DNA of 64,000 nucleotides, taken from NCBI GenBank assembly GCA_043228905.1, contig JBHGNT010000006.1, forward strand, positions 11,532,001 through 11,596,000, in the 5' to 3' direction. Position 1 is the first letter of the stretch. Each line of letters opens with the position of its first letter. This DNA comes from Azolla caroliniana (Eukaryota > Plantae > Polypodiophyta). Shown here in pieces: positions 25,448 through 36,368 of this stretch. The notes under the pieces were generated by a model. It worked only from the letters and a program-made list of their open reading frames with translations. It was not told the origin of the DNA and did no database searches. Made by a program: the position numbers and the translations under genes.

Positions 25448-28400
25448 TTATCCTTTCTTGGGGTTATCTACCACTTCTTTTCCATGATGCTTTTCAGCCA
25501 TCATATCAGTGTCTACAACTCCCATCATGTTCCGAAACTGTGTATGCTTTTCCACACTCAATCCCTTTGTGAGAATATCAGCAACCTGCTGATTTGTATT
25601 CACATACACCAAATCAACTTCTCCTTCAATCACTTTTTCTCTAACAAAGTGATAATGCACTTCAATGTGCTTTGTTCTTGCATGGAACACTGGGTTTTTG
25701 GCAAGCTGAATGCTACTCATGTTGCATAAATCTCTTCTTGCATTGCATCCACCCATTTCTTCTCAGTTTTAGCCTCATCAAAACTACTTGGATCAGGGAT
25801 CTGTACCACCTTAGACATATATGCATAATGCATAGCCATATATGTATCATAACCAAATCTTTCAACAATTTTTTTCTCTCTATCTGATCTTCTCAGTTTC
25901 TGATTTGCATCCTTCAATGCTTTTTCCATACCAGGGATTTTCAATCCTCTTATACCAAGAAAATCATCCAATGACATATCTGAATCCTCATCTTCCATGT
26001 TTTTAGACAAGTCATCCAACATTTCATACTCTGGCATTTTCTCTTTTCCTTTTTTATCATCACATTTTTTGTGTCCTCCACTTTTTCCACTCCAAGAATT
26101 CGAATCAGATTTACCATCTGAGCTTTTTGATGGTCCAGAACATTCTGTTGATGTTGGACTTTGCTGTCCAACCTTGCTTCCATCTCTATGGCAGTCTTCT
26201 ACATTTTCAGATTTGTCTCTGTCTTCAATCTCATTGTCTTCATCAGTCTCTAGATTCTGTTTTGGACTATACCAGCTGGCTAACTCATCAAAGATTACAT
26301 CCCTACTTGTCACAATCTTCTTTGTTATAGGGTTATAGCATCTATACCCTTTTTGTTCTTCTGAATAGCCAACAAAAATACATTTTTCTGCTTTTGGATC
26401 CAACTTACTTCTTACTTCTGCAGGCACATGTACATATGCAAGGCATCCAAACACTTTTAAGTGTTCTAAACTAGGTTTCCTTCCATAGAAACACCCTTCA
26501 GGAGTTGCTTCATGTACTCCCGATGTTATACATCTATTTAGAATATAATTTGCTGTTTTTACAGCTTCTGCCCAATAGTATAATGGCATATTCTTCTCTG
26601 TCATCAAAGCCCTTGCAATGTTCACCAATGTTCTGTTTTTCCTCTCAGCAACTCCATTTTGTTGTGGAGTATATCTACATGTGAATTGTCTTCTTATTCC
26701 TTGATTGCATTGAAAATCAGAAAATTCATTGGAGAAATACTCTCCTCCTCCATCAGATCTTAAACATTTTATTCTTGTACCTGCCTGCTTTTCTACCATG
26801 CATTTAAACGTACGAAAACATTCAAACACTTCACTTTTCTCTTTCATGAAATACACCCATGTTTTCCTTGAGCAATCATCAATAAAAGTTACATAAAATT
26901 TGCAACCACCGATAGATGCATTCTTAGTTGGTCCCCATACATCCGTATGTACCAAATCCAACAAATTTTTACTTACATGTCTTTCATGAGGGAATGGCAA
27001 CCTATTTTGCTTTCCATATTGACATGCTTCACATATCTTTCCCATTTCACAATTTTTCAATTTTGGCAGTCCAGCCACTGCATCTTTTCTCAACATATTC
27101 TTTAGGGTTTGCATACTTATGTGGCCAATCCTTTTATGCCACATTTCCACATCTGAGACTACACTCATTCCATTTGCAAACATAGCTGAAATCTGTCTAG
27201 GCATGTGAACATCCAAAATAAACATTCTTCCTTGTCATTTTCCTTTTGCAATGAGCTTCCCATTCTTTTCTATATAGCATCCACTTTGCTTAAACTTTAG
27301 TTGCATACCTTGCTCTACTATCTGTCCAACAGAAATCAGATTCTTAGCAAGATTTGGAACATGCATTACATTCAACATATACTTGTCTTTCCTTTTTCTT
27401 CCCACAATGGGATATCTCCAACATGTTCTATTTGGTGAGTACTATTATCACCCGTTTGTACATAGCCAGGAATCTCTGGTTCTCTCAACCTTTCAAACCA
27501 GTTTGCATGTCCAGTCATGTGGTTAGATGCCCCCGAGTCTACATACCATGTAAACTCTTCATTACATTTTTGTGAGCTTTCAGCCACTGCTGCTATCTCA
27601 TGTTGTACCACAAATGCACCATCTTTTTCACAATCTTCACTAGTTTGGGCATAGTTATTCTGCTGTCTCTTTCCTCTTTTCTCATCATTTTGCTTCTTGT
27701 AACATTCAGCCTGTGTGTGGCCTGGTTTTCCACAATACCAACAACCATCATCATTTACATATGTTTGCTTACCTCTACCTTGGTTGCTCCCCCTGCCTCT
27801 GTTGTTGTTTCTTCCTCTAATGGTTTGTTGTCCTCTTCCTTGATAACCATTATTGTTGGTTCTTGCTGAGCCAAATCTTCCATGGCCTCTTCCTCGGCCT
27901 CTTCCGGCACTATTATATAGGGCTTGCCCCTCATTCTCAAGATTTCCTTTATTTACATCATCCATCTGATTCCTTTCTTCTACTACAAGCATTGAAACCA
28001 AATCTGGAAAACCTGGGATACTATCCCTTGTAAGCATAGAGGTTTTAAAGCTTTTGTATTGAGGTCCCAAGCCTCTCAAGCATATTTCTACCTTATCATC
28101 ATCTTCTATCTGTACATTGATAGAATCAAGTGATTCACATATGCTCTTTATTTTCAAGGCATGCTCATTATTGACATCTTACCTTTTTCTAAGGTATTTA
28201 GCTCAGTCTTCAACTGTAGCTTTCTAGCTTTTGTGTTTATTGCAAACAGTTTTACCAAACTGTCCCAAGCTTCTTTTGGGAGCATAGCATCTTGTATGTG
28301 CCTAAGCATCGAATCTGAGATGCTAAGTGAGAGCCAATGCATTACCTTCCTTGCCCCTTGATTCCAATCTTTGAATGCTTTAATCTGTGCTGCTGTGGCA

Positions 28401-28558
28401 TTTTCTTCTAGGATCTCCGGAGCCTCTTCTAGGTCTCCTTCAATGTAATCCAAGTATCCTTTCCCCATCAGGAAATTTGTCATTCTAAATTTCCATGCCG
28501 GGAAATTGTTTTTATCTAGTTTCTCTGTAACTATTTGGCCCGCATTCTCTGCAGCCAT
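25448..28558 (-). pseudogene. Copia E gag-PR-IN plus RNaseH tail
   Basis: EKLDKNNFPAWK, CWYCGKPGHTQAEC, WYVDSGASNHMT, HTDVWGP, RSDGGGEY and KHIEVHYHFVRE. Confidence 0.9.
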
Positions 28559-31500
28559 TATCTCTTCCAAACTAGGTTTTCTGTTACAATTACTTCAACA
28601 AGTAACTTTCTGATTCAGATCAGCAACCAGAGAAATACCTTTCTCTGTTCTATGCACTTCTGTACTCTTCTTTATGAGCAACTTGCTCTGATACCATGTT
28701 AAGAAAACGTGAAGAAGCCACTCAGGCTCTTCTTATGTGTGTGGCGGATCGTGGCGTGCTGGATCGTTTTGTGCTCAACCACAGAAGGGAAGGGGGAAGG
28801 AGACTTACCTCTGTAGCAGCCAAACCTTCTTCTATTTCATTACACGCGGAGCTCTACTTGCTCTCGTCTGTTTCTCTCTTTTGCTCTCACTCTCTGAGTT
28901 CTTCCTCTCTTTCCTCACTCTCTCTCGCAGAGTTCTACTTCCTGTATTTTTTCCTTACTTACCTACTGTCTTACTTTTTACCTAAGTAATAAGTTACTTA
29001 CATATGCAGCTAATTAGCTGCCTGTAGCTAATTAGCTGTCAGTAGCTAATTAGTTGTTAGTCGCTAAATAGCTGTCAGTCGCTAATTAGTTGTCAGTCAC
29101 TAATTAGTTGTAAGTCGCTAATTAGCTGTTTCTCCTTTATGTTCACAAGTAGTTAAATAGCTACTATAGCTTATTTCCCAATAAGCATCACATACCATGT
29201 TGAGCTTGCTTCTCAACACGAATCGGTAAAACAGTCCAGTTGAGGTTTTCCGGAGCCGAATCGGAGACACATATTTGAAGTGCCCTTCAAGTACCGGAGT
29301 ATCCATTTGACCGCGTTCCAGTGCTCCTTGCCAGGATTGCTCATAAACCGGCTCACCACTCCGACTGCGTATCCTATATCCGGTCGGGTACACACCATTG
29401 CGTACATCAAGCTCCCGACGGCAGAGGCATATGGCACCTTCATCATATCCGCCTTCTCTGCTTTCGTCTTCGGGCTTTGCTTACCGGATAACCTGCAGTT
29501 TGCCGGAAGTATCGATCTGACCAGTTTCGCTTCTAACATGTTGAACCGCTGAAGCACCTTTGTCACGTACTTCTCTTGTGACAGCCACAATTGCTTCGTT
29601 GGCCGGTTCCAGATGATATGCATCCCCAACATCTGTCTTGCCGGACCCAAGTCTTTCATTGAGAAGGTCCGGTTGAGAGCCTTCTTCAAGATCCGTATTT
29701 TGGCTTGGTTCCGTCCGACGATCAACATGTCCTCCATGTACAGAAGGAGTATCAGGAAGTCGCCTCCTTTGAACTTCTTCACAAACACGCAATGATTGGC
29801 CTGCGTCTTGTGGTACCCTTGATCGGTCATGAAGGAGTCGAACTTCCGGTACCATTGTCAGGGAGCCTGCTTCAATCCGTACAGGCTCTTCTTCAACCGG
29901 CAAACCAGGTGCTCCTTCCCTTTCTCCACGAATCTTTCCGGTTGCTGCATGTAGATCTCCTCTTCGAGGTCACCGTGAAGGAATGTCGTCTTCACATCCA
30001 GCTGCTCTACCTCGAGGTCCATGCTTGCCGCTAAACTCAGCACCGTCCGGATAGAGGTCATCCTTACTACCGGGGCAAATATCTCGTCGAAGTCCACGCC
30101 CTTCTTCTGCTGGAACCCCTTCACCACGATCCTGGCTTTGTATCTCAGGGGGTTGCCAACATCTCCTGGTTTCAACTTGTACACCCACTTGTTTTGGAGT
30201 GCCCGCTTTCCTTTCGACAACTCCACCAATTCGTACGTATGGTTCTCATGCAGGGAATCCATCTCATCCTGCTTGGCACTTAACCATTTGCGGTTGTGGG
30301 TGTCATCCTTCACTTCTTCGAAGCTTTCTGGCTCCCCCTCATCGGTTAGCAGCACATGCTCTACATCCGAAAATCTCCGGGGGGCCCTTCTCTCTCTGAG
30401 TGGATATCTCCATCTTTGGGCTTCGGTAACCGGATCTTCCATTTGCTCTTCTGAATCCGAATCCGATTCGGGGACTTGGCCGGTTCCGGTTTCAGCTTCC
30501 TCTACTTCTTCTTCTGCCGGTTCGGTATCCTCACCGTAACCGGCTGGTTCCTCGAGTGCTAACCAGTCCCTTGCCGGCTGGGTCTGCTCATCGTAGAGTC
30601 GATCCTTACCGGTTGAGTCCGAGTTCATTATCTTCTTCTCTGACTCCCAGTCGGCGAGCCTCTTGTCCTCCATGAAGATAATATCTCAACTCCGGAATAC
30701 CTTCTTGTCGACCGGGTCCCACACTTAGTAGCCGAACTCATCGTCGACGTAATCGAGGAATATGCATGGCTGGGTCTTTGGATCTAGCTTTCCTCTCCGG
30801 TCCTTAGCAACATGCACGTACACGAGACACCCGAACACCTTCAGATGCCGGTAGGACACTTCCTTACCGGTCCACACCTTCTGCGGCGTGTCTCCATCCA
30901 AGGGCACTGAGGGTGATCTGTTTATCACATACGTCGTTGTCGACAATGCCTCAGCCCAAAAAGTCTTGCGTAATTTTGCATGCGCCAACATACTCCGGAC
31001 CCTCTCCATTATGGTTTGGTTCATCCTCTCGGCCAACCCGTTTAGTTCCAGCGTCTTCGGCACGGTAAATTCGAGCCAGATTCCCTTCGAGGGGCATGAC
31101 CCCTTGAAGTGCCCCCAGTATTCTCCTCCGTTATCTGCTCGGACCGCCTTCAACTTCCGGCCGGTTTCTCTTTCCACTCTCGCGTGGAGCTCTTTGAAGA
31201 CGGATAACACCTGATCCTTCGTCTTCAACGGTGTGGCCCACAGCTTCCGGCTGTGGTCATCTATGAACGTCATGAAGTACTGCGATCCTGCATGTGACTT
31301 CGTGTCCACTTGACACACATCAGTATGCACCAACTCCAGTGGTGCATTACGTCTCATCAGTGGCCTTGGTCGGAAGGAGGTCCGGTTTTGCTTACCGGCC
31401 AGACAATCAGTGCACTTCTCCAAGTGCACGTTCTTCACTGGAATGAGGTTGTCGTCTGCAAGCCTCTTCATCCCCTTCTCGCTCATGTGACACAGCCTCT

Positions 31501-33714
31501 TGTGCCACAGCTCACCGACAGTGTCGGATGCCACATTCACTTCTTCTGGACATAATCGAGCATTCATCAGGTACAACGTGTTTACCTTCCGGGCCCGAGC
31601 CACAATCAGGCTCCCTTTGCTGAACTTCATAACGCTGTTCCGGATGCTACTCGTGTAGCCTTCATCATCTAGCCGACCGGCTGATATCAGGTTCAGACGA
31701 ACCTCCGGAACGAGTCAGACATCCTTCAGCAGCAGCTTGCATCCGGTTGGTGTTGCCAGCCACACGTCTCCTATGCCGACAATACGGCATGTACCTTCAT
31801 TCCCCATCCGGACACAACCGTGATCACAGGCTGAGTAGGATGAGAAGTATTTCCAGTCCGGGGTAAGGTGGAACGACGCTCTGGAGTCGTCCACCCAGGT
31901 TATCTCGTCGCCGACAAGGTTTAGCTCACTCTCCTCGGTGATTAGCATAAACTCTTCTTCGCTTGCCGCGATTGCTGTCGTTCCCTTCCGGTCCGGCCCC
32001 CTCCGGTGTTTACCGTTCCGGTCCGGTGTCCACTTCGAATCGGTACCGTCGATTTCCTTGTCTTTTCGGAAATGCCGACAGTTCTTCTGGAAGTGTCCCA
32101 GTTTGCCGACTTTTCCCAGTTCTGGGGGCTACGGTTCCTTTGTCTTCCGCGTTCCGATTCGATAAGGAGCGCTTTGGAGTCGAAGCTCGTATCCTTATCT
32201 TTCCGACGTGCCTCCTCATCTAGCAAGCTCGACTTCACTCTTGCTAGGGATAACCGTTTCCCTTCCGGCCCGGCGTTGCCCAAGGTGACAACCAACGTCT
32301 CCTAGCTATCCGGGAGGGAACCGAGCAAGAGTAGCGCTAGTACCTCATCGGTGAGAGGTACTTCCAATGATGTCGCCTGGTGTATCAGCCCCTGGAAGGC
32401 ATTCATGTGCTCCGCCATGCTGGAGCCATCTTGGTACCGGAGTCTTACTAGCTTCTGGAATACCGAAACCTGGTTAACAACATTTTTGTTCTGAAACATA
32501 ATGGCGATCTTCTCCCAAAGCTCATGAGCCTTGCTCTCTTCATTGAAGTTGTTGTAAACGCTCATGTCGATGAAGCACCGTATGTACGTCGTTGTCTTCA
32601 TGTGCATCACCTCCCATATCGTGGCATCGATTTTGTCCGGTCTCTTTTCCCCGAACTGAACTGGCAACCAAAGATCTTTAACCATGAGCATGTCCCTCAT
32701 CTTCGACTTCCACACAGAATAGTTGGAGCCGGTGAGCTTGAACATGCCTCCCAACGATTCGTCCATATTCTGTGTCGTTTTGCTCTGATACCACTTTGAC
32801 AGGAACATGCGCTCCCGATGAACAACCCTCGGCCACAACTGAGCTTAGAATAAAAAACACAAAAAAACGGGAATGAATGCACAACACAAAGGAGAGAATA
32901 GTACACAGGATGTTTAACGTGGAGAGGGAAAAAAAACCACGGAAGTTTACAGACTCCAAACTATCACTATATCACAATGATTACAACAGTGAGCTCACGG
33001 AGGCAACGACCTCGTGCTCACGATCTTCGCCATAGGCGGCGGTTACAACAGAGGCAACGACCTTTTTATCTCTCTCTCTCTCTCTATACACTGTTACGCG
33101 CTTTGTCTTCTTGCACCAACAAGAATGACAACTCTTTCTGAGTTTGCCCTAAGTCATATTTATACTAATATGACTTTTCGCCTATTTACAAATATAGCCC
33201 CGATGGACTCTCAGAAACATATTTATGAATATGTCCCTTCATCCGGTGAGCACTCCTCACCGGGCCTGCATCATCCGGCGCTTGCCAGGCACACTTCATC
33301 CGATTCTCACCGGGTCTTCCGCTTGCCGGGTACACCACATCCGGTTCTCACCGGGTCTTCCGTAGCCGGGTACACCACATCCAGTTCTCATCGGGTCTTC
33401 CGTAGCCGGGTACACCACATCCGGTTCTCACCGGGTCTTCCGTTTCCGGGTACACCTCATCCGGTTCTCACCGGGTCTTCCCATCCAGAGGGACCTATTT
33501 CCTAACACGTTGATCTCGAAAGGTCGTGGAGTCGTGATCAACGAGAGCAACCGGCCTCATGAAACAAAGGGCAACGAGACCTTGCTCGGGTAGGGGTCGG
33601 GAAGTAGTATTGTCGTAAAGCAAACCTCGGGTCTTCTCTATCCCTTGAGTACTCCCTAGTCCACGACCCCCGCGGTCCCACCCAAGTAACACACGCGTGC
33701 AAAACTTCGTGACA

Positions 33715-35759
33715 ACGGCTGATGGAAGAAGCGGCGGCTCGCCACATGGAGACTATCCACTACTCGGCGTCGGCGGGAATCCGGGTCAGGAGCGACGAAG
33801 TCTGAAAGACGAAGGACTCCGGGTTTTGGCCGTTGATGCTAGAAGGCCTCACTGGCTTACCATTGAGGAAAGAGGAAGCGGACCGTGCGGAAAGATGGGT
33901 CCGGGAGGTAATTGGGTGGAGTGACCCAATCGAAGAAAAGACGAGCTTCGTAGAAGCCGCGTGCAAGAACTACAAGGTGGTCGGGACTATACCGGGATGT
34001 GCATCGGTTTGTGACGACTTGCGAAAGCTGTTAGATGCACTCCATAGTCCGACATCAGGACGAGCTCCACCCGACCTACCCTACGACCGTCCACTTCAAG
34101 TGGATGGTGGATCTGGGGACGATGCCGATGGGGGTAGGGCAGATGCGATATCTGGTGCTGGCTCAAGAGGACCTGACGAACCAGGTGGAAGGCCGAGCAT
34201 TGCCAAACAAAACAACTGCGGCCGTGTGCCTATTTCTGATCGAAGAAGTGGTATGCCGGTACGGGTGCGTAGGAAAGATCGTAGACGACCGCGGAGAACT
34301 TGACACACAAGAGGCTGAAGAGCTGTTTGACCGACTAGGGGTTAAACTCTCGCTCACCACGGCGTACAATCCAGAGGCGAACGTGAAGGTGGAATGCGGA
34401 CATGGGCCGATCGTTAAAGCGTTAGTGCAGGCATGTGAAGGCCAAGTCAGAAATTGGCCGCGACTCCTACCCCATGCGTTGTGTGCCAACAGAATTACGC
34501 ACAGTTCGGTAACTGGGTTCATGCCGGCAGAGCTAATGTACGGGCAGAAGCTGGTCATGTTGGTGGACTGGAGAGACGAGATGAGCCGGGAGGAGCTGTT
34601 AGCGGCACGGATCCGACAGCTTGAACGAAGACTAGAGGATGTGGAACGAGCCACGGAAAAGTTGCAAGCCGTGAGGGTAAAGAACAAGGGACGGTTCGAT
34701 CGGACTCACCGACTAAGGCCGAAGAAAATCAAGGAAGGCGACTGGGTTCTAGTATACAACAACAGCCTCGACAACCAGCATAAGGCGATGCTGAAGTTCA
34801 CAAGCAAGTGGTTCGAGCCTTACGTGGTGACAGGCGCCAACGACAACGGGACCCACCATCTCACGGAGCTCGACGGGACAAGGATGGTTGTACCGCTGGT
34901 GGAAAAAAGGATCAAAGTGTTTAAAAAGTGGCACGAGGATGAACCAGACTTGGAAGACTTGGATAGCGAGGACGACCGGCTCGGGGTGAGTGGAGATCCA
35001 AAGGACAAAGGGTAAGCGCGGGCCAGTCTTCTCCGGCAAGAGTCTACTTTGGCGCATACCGGTGGATGCGCAATTAGGTGGGGGCGGATGTTGTGGAGAA
35101 AACCGTCCCTAGGCAGAATCGGAGAATAATGTGCACGAACCAGCCCTTACACCCGGGCACAAGTTTTGTTGTAATATATATATATAAATAGGTACAAGGT
35201 AGCTGACATAAATATCGTGGATAGCACGCATTTGTTAGGTAGAAAATCGACGTGTATATATAAAAGGACAGAGAATAAAGACGATGTAACAAGTTGCAAC
35301 AGCCTCCCTCCTTGGGATATAAAAGAGAGGGAGAGGAATCGGAGAGGGGATCACTTTTGTCGAGGACGAACTGCTGCCAGACTAGAGACTGAGCTCCGCT
35401 CCTCCGACTTTCTCTGTCTTTCTCTGTGTAGGGTTTCGAGAGGCTGACTCTACTCCGCGGAATGCCGATGTGCTTCCGGCAGGGTCTCCATCTCACTCTT
35501 CTGTGTGTGCCTGTGCGTGGTCGTGAGAGATTGTTGCTCACCAGCCCACCGGTTGTAACCCCTTTTGTCTGATATATTTATACACATACGCACATTTGTC
35601 TTGTTTGAATCGATCGCGGTTTTTGTGTATCTGAGTGTGTGTGTGTGTGTGGAAGCATGGCCAATGTCTTTCTTGCTCCTACTCCTGATCGGTTATCCCT
35701 CGGTCCAAGTCCCCCGCGGTCCCACCTCGTTCTATACGCACACGCGTAACAACGCGACA
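33715..35759 (+). mobile_element. Truncated gypsy element C (Trp-primed lineage): gag piece, integrase, PPT and 3' LTR 35089-35759
   Basis: Gag 33715-33975 is fused by deletion to IN (ORF 34035-35015). PPT AGGTGGGGGCGGA. LTR TGTTGTGGAGAAAACCG...CGACA, right flank GCGT. Confidence 0.85.
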
Positions 35760-36200
35760 GCGTGCGGTACGCCTTGCTGCCAGGGAGTATTCCCCAAAAT
35801 ACCTCGTTAGCAGCTCCTGCGAAGGGTTGTCGATTGAGTAGATTCCCCCTTCTGGTAGGCTAGTCATGGCTCGGATGGCTTCCTCGGTGATGACCTCCGT
35901 GTCGATGTCTTTAAGGACATTTTCCGCATCTCTCGGTGGCGGTGCTTCGACTATTCGTAAGAATCCCTCTAGACCGTGTTGCTTCAGCCATTTCTTAGCT
36001 GCTTCTGAGAGTACCATGCATTCCATGTCGTCTTCGGAGTCGGTAGGTTGTGGTAAGATGGGTGCGCCTGTGTGCTCTGCGTGCTCTCACCTGATCACTT
36101 GTAATCGCCTGTGGACGCGAAATGAAAGGGACTCTACGCGGCGAAGGTTTTCTTTCTCCATGCGTGGCGCCTTTTCTTGATTCCCGCGCATGCACGTCCT
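35760..36200 (-). pseudogene. Extra ORF downstream of the integrase of the Athila-like element (unknown function), cut by the gypsy C LTR
   Basis: Natural-looking ORF 35679-36026 (..KKWLKQHGLEGFLRI..ITEEAIRAMTSLP..) in the pol sense, after an AT-rich spacer. Confidence 0.5.
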
Positions 36201-36368
36201 GTACTAATATAGTAGTCAGTTGACACGTGGTGCGCCTATTTTTAAAGGCTTTAATTAGCCACCCACCACACCTTTTCAAAGTGCTCGTTCGCTCCTCCTC
36301 ACCTCTACATGATGACTTTATTTATTATTTATTATTATTATTATTATTTTATTTAAATTGAGTTTTAG

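Larger units (their letters stand above)
24890..29218 (-). mobile_element. Ty1/copia element E, AT-rich, RT deleted (non-autonomous)
   Basis: LTRs 24890-25429 and 28697-29218. TSD CGAAT. PBS TGGTATCAGAGC 28685-28696, PPT 25430-25440. Gag-PR-IN joined to the RNaseH tail near 25725. Confidence 0.94.
24429..32766 (-). pseudogene. Copia B gag-pol with many stops and frameshifts, interrupted at 24890-29218
   Basis: KLTGSNYSVWK gag, HTDVC and RADNGGEY integrase, QLDVKTTFLHG RT, STTEAEY RNaseH. Confidence 0.9.
23781..33507 (-). mobile_element. Ty1/copia element B, degenerate, containing nested copia E
   Basis: LTRs 23781-24418 and 32797-33507 with ~39-bp U3 repeats. TSD CGTTG. iMet PBS 32782-32793, PPT about 24421-24430. 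Confidence 0.94.
23278..33714. mobile_element. Probable solo LTR of about 700 bp (23278-23780 plus 33513-33714), split by copia B and inserted in the gag of gypsy C
   Basis: Ends TCACGAAGGTTTG... and ...CAAAACTTCGTGACA form an imperfect inverted repeat. Right flank ACGG resumes gag (RLMEEAAARH). Confidence 0.6.

Noticed and set aside
23776-29223. Copia TSDs starting with CG (CGTTG, CGAAT)
   Set aside because: The other copia TSDs (TTACC, CTTCT) lack CG, so there is no consistent preference.
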